Position numbers and translations under genes: made by a program. A stretch of 32,000 bases of DNA from an uncultured Cohaesibacter sp. (GTDB lineage: Bacteria; Pseudomonadota; Alphaproteobacteria; Rhizobiales; Cohaesibacteraceae). Every line of letters starts with the position of its first letter. Within the stretch, counting starts at the first letter, position 1. Shown here one piece after another: positions 8,855-16,125 of the stretch. The notes under the pieces are model-generated. The model was not told where the DNA came from, searched no databases, and saw only the letters and a list, made by a program, of their open reading frames with translations. The stretch spans positions 1,483,331-1,515,330 of the forward strand of contig OY762905.1 in NCBI GenBank assembly GCA_963666525.1, in the 5' to 3' direction.

Positions 8855-11673
8855 GCTGCAACTCCCAATTCAATGCGTTGTTCTTTGAGGGAAGCGATCA
8901 GGCCAGGACGGTCGAACTTGGCAACATAATCGTTGAACCCGGCTTGACGGCCGCGTTCGATCGCAGCCGGCGTGCACAGTGAAGAAAGGGCGATGATCGG
9001 AATATCGCGGGTTGCCGGCTGACGACGGATCGCTTCGCAAAGCTCGAAGCCGTTCATCTCTGGCATTTCGATATCCGAAACGACGATTTCGTAGCTCGGG
9101 TCGCGCTCAAGTACGGCGAGCGCCTCAGCACCAGAAGAGCATACGGTCACTTCGTAACCGGCAGCCTTCAGAACCGGACCAAGCATGTTGCGGAAGAAGC
9201 TGGAGTCGTCCACGAACAGCAGTTTCTTGACCAACAGATCCTCTTCCGACATTTCCTTGCGATGGAACCAGTCCTCGAAGGCCTGCGGCAAATAATGACC
9301 TACGTCGATGATTTCGGTTGCCTTGCCCTTGATGACAGCAGTACCCAGGACGCCCGGAACCTCCGAAGACACCTCGATATTGAGTTGCTCGTCAACGATG
9401 TCGACGATTTCGTCAACAACAAGACCCATGGACCGACCGGCATCGGAGAAGACCAGCATTGGCTGGCTGCCTTCGGTGCGGCGCTGGACGAAGTCGTTGA
9501 CCTGCACCAGTGGCATCAGGCTCCCACGATACTGGACCATGTCGCGGCCGTTGGAGAATTCGATCTTTTCGATCTCGAACTCTTCGAGGCGCGTGACGAG
9601 CGAAAGCGGAACAGCTTTCGGCTCCGGCGAACCGGCGCGGAAAATGAGAAGGGAAACGGTATTTTTCTCTTCCGGAAGCGCCTGCTTTTCGGCTTCTTCC
9701 TTGCCAGCTTCGACATCGGTGCCAACATGGCTGCCAAAGGCCTGAGCCACACCATTCGGATCGAGGATCATGATCACGGAGCCATCACCAAGGATGGTGT
9801 TACCGGAGAACATCGACAGGTGACGCAGCATGGTCGCCATCGGCTTGACCACGATTTCCTCGGTGTGGAACACCGCATCAACGACAACGCCGAAGTTCTG
9901 GGCACCGACCTGCATGACGACGATGAAGCCGTTGTCATCCAGACTGATGTCATGGTCTTCATTCTTGTCGATGCCAAGCAGGTTGCTCAGATGGATGAGC
10001 GGCAGCAGCTTGTTGCGCAAGCGCAGAACCGGGGTATCCTTGATCCGCTCGATCTTGTGCTCGGAATTGTTCTGAACGCGAACCAGTTCGACGACACTGA
10101 GCTGCGGGATCGCAAACCGGTCGCCGGATGCCTCGACCAGCAGGGTCGACACGATGGCAAGGGTCAGCGGGATCTTGATGGAGAAGGTTGAGCCCTTGCC
10201 CGGAACGGACTTGAGGTCGACCGACCCACCGATCAGCTCGATGTTGTTGCGAACCACGTCCATGCCGACGCCACGGCCGGACACGTTGGTAATCTTTTCA
10301 GCAGTTGAGAACCCGGCAGCAAAAATGAACTTGTTGATCTGCTGCTCGGACATCTTCTCGAGTTCAGCTTCCGTGGCAAGCTCATTCTTGAGGATCTTGG
10401 CCTTGACCTTTTCGGTGTCGATGCCGCGACCATCATCCTTGATGTCGATGATGATATGGCCACCTTCATGGTAAGCGGACAGGGTGATGGTACCCTTGGC
10501 CGGCTTGCCCATGGCGACACGTTCTTCACCATTCTCAAGCCCATGGTCGGCAGAGTTGCGAACCATGTGGGTAAGCGGATCCTTGATCAGTTCCAGAACC
10601 TGACGGTCAAGTTCCGTATCCTGACCGATCATGATCAGGTCGATATCCTTGTGCAGGTCATTGGCCAGATCGCGCACGATGCGTGGCAGTTTCTGCCAGG
10701 CATTGCCGATCGGCTGCATGCGGGTCTTCATGACCCCTTCCTGCAGTTCAACGGTGACATTCGACAGGCGCTGCAACGGCACCTTGAACTCGGAGTCTTC
10801 ATGACGGCGAACGATTTCGAGCAGCTGGTTACGGGTCAGCACGAGCTCGGAAACCATGGTCATGAGATGTTCGAGCGTCTCGACATTCACACGGATGGAC
10901 TGGTGGGCACCACCGCCGGATTTTGGTTCTTTTTCGGCTTTGGGCTCTTCCTTCTTGGCCTTGGCTGCGGGAGCCTTGGCCGGCGCTTTGGTAACAGGAG
11001 ACTTGCCCATGCGCTTCTGTGCGGCAGCATCGGCAATCGCGGCTTCGGCAGCTTCCTTGGCGCTCTGTGCGACGTCGAATCCTGCAGGGCCTTCTGCTTC
11101 GCGGAATGCGCGTTCCAGTTCGTCCAGAGATACTTCGCCAGCCTTCAGTTCCCGCTCGAGAACCTGATAAACTTCATGGGTTGCCTCTTCCGCGGGCTTT
11201 TGGGCAACGGGCGCTTCCTCAGCAACCTCCGCCACGGGCTCTGAAGCATCGTCCCCACCGGCCAGATCCATCACCGAGGTGCCCTGACCTACATATTTGC
11301 CGATGCCCGACAAACGGTCCAGCTGATCGATGAGATCCTCATCCGATCCGGCAGGTTCCGCCTCGTTGGCTTCCAGCTCGCTGACGATTTCCTTGATCCG
11401 GTCAAGGGACATGAGGATGACCGACACGGACTCCCCGGTTACCGGTGCACCATCCCTGAATTTCCCCATGAGGGTTTCAGCGGCATGCGCCAGGCTTTCG
11501 AGCCTTGGGAGTCCCAGGAACCCGCAAGTACCTTTGATAGTATGCACGAGCCGAAAAATATTATCGAGGATCTGAGCATTGTTTGGCTCTTGCTCAAACT
11601 TGACGAGCTCAACGTCTACGACGTCAAGGCTTTCATTCGTTTCCTCGATAAATTCACGTAAAAGATCATCCAT
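8851..11673 (-). CDS. cheA: Hybrid chemotaxis histidine kinase CheA (Hpt, dimerisation, HATPase, two CheW-like domains, C-terminal receiver)
   Basis: 940 aa. Features in order:
- P1 Hpt with His44 (FRLVHTIKGTCGFLG).
- Acidic and Ala/Lys/Pro-rich linkers.
- P3/P4 (IRVNVETLEHLMTMVSELVL, DPLTHMVRNSADHG, DDGRGID, GRGVGMDVV, GKGSTF).
- P5 CheW-like domain (GDRFAIPQLSVVEL...).
- A second CheW-like domain (VSLLIFRAGSPEPKAVPLSLVTRLEE...).
- REC domain (KKLLFVDDSSFF...VVSDIEMPEMNG...YVAKF), at about nt 8870-9228. Confidence 0.95.
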   Translation of the reverse strand: MDDLLREFIEETNESLDVVDVELVKFEQEPNNAQILDNIFRLVHTIKGTCGFLGLPRLESLAHAAETLMGKFRDGAPVTGESVSVILMSLDRIKEIVSELEANEAEPAGSDEDLIDQLDRLSGIGKYVGQGTSVMDLAGGDDASEPVAEVAEEAPVAQKPAEEATHEVYQVLERELKAGEVSLDELERAFREAEGPAGFDVAQSAKEAAEAAIADAAAQKRMGKSPVTKAPAKAPAAKAKKEEPKAEKEPKSGGGAHQSIRVNVETLEHLMTMVSELVLTRNQLLEIVRRHEDSEFKVPLQRLSNVTVELQEGVMKTRMQPIGNAWQKLPRIVRDLANDLHKDIDLIMIGQDTELDRQVLELIKDPLTHMVRNSADHGLENGEERVAMGKPAKGTITLSAYHEGGHIIIDIKDDGRGIDTEKVKAKILKNELATEAELEKMSEQQINKFIFAAGFSTAEKITNVSGRGVGMDVVRNNIELIGGSVDLKSVPGKGSTFSIKIPLTLAIVSTLLVEASGDRFAIPQLSVVELVRVQNNSEHKIERIKDTPVLRLRNKLLPLIHLSNLLGIDKNEDHDISLDDNGFIVVMQVGAQNFGVVVDAVFHTEEIVVKPMATMLRHLSMFSGNTILGDGSVIMILDPNGVAQAFGSHVGTDVEAGKEEAEKQALPEEKNTVSLLIFRAGSPEPKAVPLSLVTRLEEFEIEKIEFSNGRDMVQYRGSLMPLVQVNDFVQRRTEGSQPMLVFSDAGRSMGLVVDEIVDIVDEQLNIEVSSEVPGVLGTAVIKGKATEIIDVGHYLPQAFEDWFHRKEMSEEDLLVKKLLFVDDSSFFRNMLGPVLKAAGYEVTVCSSGAEALAVLERDPSYEIVVSDIEMPEMNGFELCEAIRRQPATRDIPIIALSSLCTPAAIERGRQAGFNDYVAKFDRPGLIASLKEQRIELGVAA

Positions 11674-11745
11674 GGCCTAAAACCCTGATTCTGGCGGAAA
11701 CCGGTCTGAACAGACAGTTATTCCGCTCCAGTCTCGGGGCAAAGC

Positions 11746-11761
11746 GTTAATTTAAGCTGAA
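11746..11761 (-). promoter_or_regulatory. CtrA-box-like element TTCA-N7-TTAAC, 73-88 nt upstream of the cheA ATG
   Basis: The minus strand reads TTCAGCTTAAATTAAC. This is one mismatch from the TTAA-N7-TTAAC consensus, in the AT-rich che promoter region. Confidence 0.3.
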
Positions 11762-11933
11762 ACAAAGCGCACAAACACTCAAACTTGATGCAATTACCAG
11801 CGCATCTGTTTATAAATGTTTCGCGACTTTGGTATGAATGATAATACTTGGTTTATTGACAATAAAACCAATAGGATGAATACAGCCACGTCCAAAATAG
11901 AGCTTGTTTACTCTAAGTAACTGTACCTACCCC

Positions 11934-12644
11934 TCATGCTCCCGCAGGTTCCTCACTCGGAATGGCAACACCGATCATTTCTTCCGGGTTAGGAATGTGC
12001 ACCGGCTTGGCTTCGATGGTGATGACATCGTCAACCCAGTCGAAGGACAGATCCATCTTCGCTTCACGGGCAAGCAGGCCGGTGTAGTAAGGCTGGATGG
12101 AATTGGCCGTGAAACCCTGCTCATCGGCAGGGCGGCCGCGCAGCAGCCGGTCAAGGCTTGCCGGGATGCGGGCATTCTTGCCTTCGGATATCAGACGGAA
12201 GGTCGGATATTTGGACTCGCCCTCAAGGGAAACCTTGATGGTGCCACCGCGCGGAATGGTGGTGATGCTGATCATGATGAGGTTCAGTAGCAGCTTGACC
12301 AGATTCTTCGGCATCAGAACGCGTGTGCCTTCCCACTCGATCTCTGCCTTCTCCGATTTCATGTAGCCGCGCGCAACGCTTTCGGCGTCACCGGTGTCGA
12401 TCTCGGCGCCAGCCGAACCGGCGGCCCCGAAAGCAAGCCGGGCAAACTGCAGCTTCGCAGAGGCGGTGCTGGCGCTCTTGGTAATGAGCTCCATGGCGAA
12501 GGTTTCCATTTCCTCGCCGTTGTCTTCCTCCAGAACTTCAAGGCCGTTGATAATGGCCCCAACCGGACTGATGATATCGTGACAGACACGGCTGCACAGC
12601 AGCGCGGCCAAATCCATGGAGGACAGAGTTTCAATACCAGACAT
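11934..12644 (-). CDS. chpT: ChpT-family histidine phosphotransferase (HPTransfase fold)
   Basis: 236 aa. Diagnostic N-terminal H-box DLAALLCSRVCHDIISPVGAIINGLEVLEE (His22), then KLQFARLAFGAAGS and a degenerate pseudo-HATPase C-terminal half. It appears colinear with my recalled Caulobacter ChpT sequence. GAGGG lies 4 nt upstream of the ATG. Confidence 0.85.
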   Translation of the reverse strand: MSGIETLSSMDLAALLCSRVCHDIISPVGAIINGLEVLEEDNGEEMETFAMELITKSASTASAKLQFARLAFGAAGSAGAEIDTGDAESVARGYMKSEKAEIEWEGTRVLMPKNLVKLLLNLIMISITTIPRGGTIKVSLEGESKYPTFRLISEGKNARIPASLDRLLRGRPADEQGFTANSIQPYYTGLLAREAKMDLSFDWVDDVITIEAKPVHIPNPEEMIGVAIPSEEPAGA

Positions 12645-12936
12645 TGCACCCTCAAAAAGCAGTGGCTTACCTTTGGGCTCGGTTCAACATCAGACTGGTC
12701 CTGACACTCAACGGATCCCAAAGGATAGCGGATTAGTTAGAACACGAATCAAACCATTTCGCTCCTGTCGAAGCATTACCCGTTAGGCACCCGCCTGCCA
12801 AGGCCAGAAGCGCCACAATCCGTCTGTTTCACAGGGACACTAAGCAGTTTCACCAAGATCCGGACATAAGCAGCAATCAGGCTCTGGCCTCGGCGAGGAA
12901 ATGCAACAATCCGCAAACTGCCGAAATCGGCACCGA

Positions 12937-13401
12937 CTACCTTGAAAGCGTGTTCTCGATAGCAGGCCATTGCTGGTCGGCCCGCTCCACATGCAGGTCC
13001 ACCGCTTCGGTCCAGGCAGCCCGCGCCGTGTAGGAATAGAACAGGAAGAGACGGTTGCGATAGATGGCCCAGACATTGGGGTTGCCATCGGACGCATAAC
13101 CCCGTGCCACAGCCAGAGCCCCATGCCCGCCGAACTGCGGCGCATAGACATCAGGGTTCTGCATGAACACGGCCTTGTTGGCCTGCGAGGCGAACAGCCA
13201 GGAGACGCCATTCCAGACATATTCATGCTCGCGGGAGCCGCGTACGGCGGAATGCTCGGTGAAATAGGCAACCGGATCATAGCCGTAGATGGCAAAGCCG
13301 GTATTGGCATCTGTCACCACGCGCCGGGATTGCGCCGTGGCATGTGCCTCAAGGCTCATGCCTGACCACAGAGCAAGGAGCATCAAAACGATCACAGGCA
13401 T
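12937..13401 (-). CDS. YHS-domain periplasmic protein with signal peptide
   Basis: From the ATG at 13401: signal peptide MPVIVLMLLALWSGMSLEAHA, then GFAIYGYDPVAYFTE...YAPQFGGHGALAV...LFLFYS...W, typical of the alphaproteobacterial YHS-domain family. The ORF-track start at 13602 is an unsupported extension. Confidence 0.75.
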   Translation of the reverse strand: MPVIVLMLLALWSGMSLEAHATAQSRRVVTDANTGFAIYGYDPVAYFTEHSAVRGSREHEYVWNGVSWLFASQANKAVFMQNPDVYAPQFGGHGALAVARGYASDGNPNVWAIYRNRLFLFYSYTARAAWTEAVDLHVERADQQWPAIENTLSR

Positions 13402-13563
13402 CCGTACGAAGGATGCACCGTTCCAACAGGCGCGGCATCGTCCGGTTATCCCGGTTCGCAAGGTAAGGCTGCGCGGCAATTTATACCCTTTTCGTCCTAA
13501 AAGTGCTGCAACAGTGGACGAGTTGTCCCGTTCATCACTTTTTTGCTCAGATTTTGAACTAGA

Positions 13564-13593
13564 GATTAACCTGTTAATCTTAAGGTTAATTAA
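13564..13593. promoter_or_regulatory. TTAA-dense palindromic cluster in the divergent YHS/DUF1134 promoter region
   Basis: Perfect inverted repeat GATTAAC-CT-GTTAATC (13564-13579), followed directly by TTAAGGTTAATTAA. This gives five TTAA tetramers in 28 bp. A TGCAACT-N2-TGCAACT direct repeat follows at 13641-13656. Confidence 0.3.
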
Positions 13594-13728
13594 AAGTGTC
13601 ATCTACAGACCGATGCAAACTAAAGCTGGCTAATTCCACTTGCAACTCGTGCAACTACTGTAAAAAATAGCGATCAATTGAAATGCGGTCGGTGGAAAAG
13701 CGGCTACTCAATGACAAGGATAAACATA

Positions 13729-14328
13729 ATGGCAAATCTGGCCAGATCATTCGATCTTAGACATGCAGGCAAAGAGCTGTTTTGGACAATCTGCATTATT
13801 GCTGCACTGATGATTGGCTCAAGCACGGCGCGAGCTCAGGAAAACCATTACACCGTTCAGGAGATTGTCCAGGCCGGACACAGTTTCTTTGGCACTGTCA
13901 CGGGCGGCCTCGCTTCACTGGTGGAAAAGGCGGTCTCAAAATATGGCCTGCCAAACGGCTATATCCTCGGACAGGAAGGCAGTGGCGCCTTCGTGGCGGG
14001 TGCCCGCTATGGCGAGGGCGACCTGTTTACCAAGAACATGGGCTCTCACAAGGTCTTCTGGCAAGGCCCGTCCATCGGATGGGATTTTGGCGGCGACGGC
14101 AACCGCACGATGATGCTGGTCTACAATCTGCCGACGGTTGATTATCTCTATCGTCGCTGGGTCGGCATCAACGGTTCGGCCTATCTGGTTGGCGGCTTCG
14201 GCATGACCGTACTGAGCCTTGACCAGAAATACTATATTGTTCCGATCCGGTCAGGCGTTGGAGCAAGACTTGGCGTCAACATCGGATATTTGAAATTCTC
14301 TCGCAAAGCGACCTGGAACCCGTTCTGA
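13729..14328 (+). CDS. DUF1134 domain-containing exported protein
   Basis: GYILGQEGSGAFVAGARYGEGDLFTKNMGSHKVFWQGPSIGWDFGGDGNRTMMLVYNLP...GSAYLVGGFGMTVL...PIRSGVGARLGVNIGYLKFSRKATWNPF matches the conserved alphaproteobacterial DUF1134 pattern. AAGGA lies 8 nt upstream of the ATG at 13729. ATG 13711 and TTG 13678 are alternative starts. Confidence 0.8.
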   Translation: MANLARSFDLRHAGKELFWTICIIAALMIGSSTARAQENHYTVQEIVQAGHSFFGTVTGGLASLVEKAVSKYGLPNGYILGQEGSGAFVAGARYGEGDLFTKNMGSHKVFWQGPSIGWDFGGDGNRTMMLVYNLPTVDYLYRRWVGINGSAYLVGGFGMTVLSLDQKYYIVPIRSGVGARLGVNIGYLKFSRKATWNPF

Positions 14329-14533
14329 TCTTCCAGCAAGTTGCGCGTAAATCGGATCGATCTGGTGTTTTTTTATTCCGTAAACCATGATTGACTGATA
14401 ACAATCAGAAAATTGACGCTCCCCGAGCGCTAGAACAGGGTTCGGGCACGGGGAGTTATGCCATCTGTAACATCGGCATGATGTGTGAAGGCAGCTTTAG
14501 ACAAAGACCACGAAGGCAGGGACTAGAGGCACC

Positions 14534-15967
14534 GTGATCGCGATCATCATGTATATAATGCTCGGAGTGTTTGTCACCCTGCTGCTGATGCTCCTGATTG
14601 TGCCCATGATCTGGCGTCGGGTTGTCCGCCTCACGCGCAAGCGCATGATGGCAGAGATGCCCATGAGTTACAGCGAGTTGCAGGCGGAAAAAGATCAGGT
14701 CCGCGCCGAGATGGCAATCGATCTGCGCAAGCAGGAAGTCATCGCCAGCCGGCGTCAGGATGAGATCGCCAACCAGACGATCAGGATCGATCGCCTGAAA
14801 AAGGCTATCGAGGAGCGCGACGCCCAGATTGCCACCCATCTCGAAACCATCGAGGGCCTGACCCGGTCGCTGGCCAGCCAGAAAGACGAGACCGGCCGTG
14901 TGTCCGGGCTGTTGCAGACATCCGAACAACAACTTGCCGATGCCCGCAAGACGATCTCCGATCTGGAAGAGACTCGGGATCAGCTCGAGAAGGATATCTA
15001 TTATCAGGAAACCAGCATCGACGAGCAGAAGGTCGATCTGGCAGCCCAGATGGCCCGCATCGAGAATCTTCGCGAGGAGATTTCCAGCCTAAGCACACAG
15101 CTGAGCGAACAGACCGAAGAGCGCGGCAAGACCGAAACACTCCTGAGCCAGAAGAGCACCGAGCTCGACCGCACCAGGGAGCGCCTCTCGGCCCTCGAGG
15201 AAAAGGCCGACGCATTGCAGGCCCAACTGGCCGACAAGGACAGCGAAATCGCCAACTTCTCGCGACAGCTCGAACGCGCCACGAAACAGAATCTCGCCTC
15301 TGGCGACAACAGCAACACCTTGCTTGCAGAGGCGGAAACCCGCCGGCTGGAGGCAGAAGCAAAGATTGCCAGCCTGGCCATGCAGCTTGAAACTCAGCAG
15401 AAACTGGAAGATGGGGAAAATCTCTCCAGCATGATCGAGGGGCTCGAAAAGGAAAAACGCGAGCTCCAGTCTGCCCTCGACAAGGCCAACGCCAGCAATG
15501 ACGATCTGGCCAACCAGTTGACCGCGCTGGAAGCACGTTTGCAGGAACAGCAAGCCCGGAGCGATGAGAACGACCAGAGTGCTGCGGCCGGTGGCGAAAC
15601 CGCTCTGACACCGCACGAGCAGATGCTCAGAGACGAGATGAAGCTGATCGCCACCCGTCTCACCGAATTCAGCGGGCTTGGCGATGGCAATGGCACCAGC
15701 GACGAGACGATCGACGGCCCGACAACCGGTTCGGCAGCCAAAGCGACGACCAGTGACACTGGCCCCGCCGCGACCATCCGCGCCTCCCAGGTCAGCGATA
15801 CCGTCAAGCAGTCTGCCACGGGCACAGTGAAAGATGATGCTTCGGAGGCGACAAGCAGCTCCGTTGGCACCCCGGCGAAAACCGCGTCAGCCACGAGCGA
15901 GGATCCCTGGTCGCAGGTCTTTTCCCTGGCAGATCGGGTTCGCGAGCTTGAAAAAAGCTCAAGCTGA
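14534..15967 (+). CDS. Membrane-anchored long coiled-coil protein with a Ser/Thr/Ala-rich tail (function unknown)
   Basis: 477-aa ORF. One N-terminal TM helix (IIMYIMLGVFVTLLLMLLIVPMIW), then about 330 aa of charged, heptad-like sequence rich in E/Q/L/R/K, then a low-complexity acidic S/T/A tail. GTG start at 14534 preceded by AGAGG. ATG 14549 is an alternative start. I recognised no family. Confidence 0.65.
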   Translation: MIAIIMYIMLGVFVTLLLMLLIVPMIWRRVVRLTRKRMMAEMPMSYSELQAEKDQVRAEMAIDLRKQEVIASRRQDEIANQTIRIDRLKKAIEERDAQIATHLETIEGLTRSLASQKDETGRVSGLLQTSEQQLADARKTISDLEETRDQLEKDIYYQETSIDEQKVDLAAQMARIENLREEISSLSTQLSEQTEERGKTETLLSQKSTELDRTRERLSALEEKADALQAQLADKDSEIANFSRQLERATKQNLASGDNSNTLLAEAETRRLEAEAKIASLAMQLETQQKLEDGENLSSMIEGLEKEKRELQSALDKANASNDDLANQLTALEARLQEQQARSDENDQSAAAGGETALTPHEQMLRDEMKLIATRLTEFSGLGDGNGTSDETIDGPTTGSAAKATTSDTGPAATIRASQVSDTVKQSATGTVKDDASEATSSSVGTPAKTASATSEDPWSQVFSLADRVRELEKSSS

Positions 15968-16125
15968 CCCTTTTCTGCCGCACTGGCGTTTCCTACATGA
16001 ATTCAGGGCAACCGGGCTCCGCAAATCCGGCAACTCTTGCCAAGGGCCTCGGCATTGTTTAAAGCCAGAGGCACATAAACGGGGAGCCCTCACCCCCTCC
16101 CAAATCTACTCTGGACAGCATTCTC

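Noticed and set aside
9262-10191. 309-aa plus-strand ORF, and several ORFs of 60-260 aa, within cheA
   Set aside because: All are antisense or out of frame relative to a continuous 940-aa CheA with every expected domain in order.
12645-12936. 292-bp gap upstream of chpT as a possible location of a small gene (for example sciP) or an sRNA
   Set aside because: No ORF with a plausible start and RBS is present. The only listed ORF (12776-12970, minus) overlaps the end of the YHS gene and looks non-genic. The only structure is a small hairpin (12919-12932), which is probably the YHS gene terminator.
13402-13602. Long N-terminal extensions of the YHS-domain gene (to 13602), PG-binding gene (to 21195), ilvD (to 23176), nspC (from 27086), GNAT (from 30235), ybaK (to 31282) and dCMP deaminase (to 31925)
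   Set aside because: In each case an internal ATG gives the conserved N-terminus or a clean signal peptide, and usually has a Shine-Dalgarno sequence. The extensions read through promoter or terminator DNA and look non-genic.
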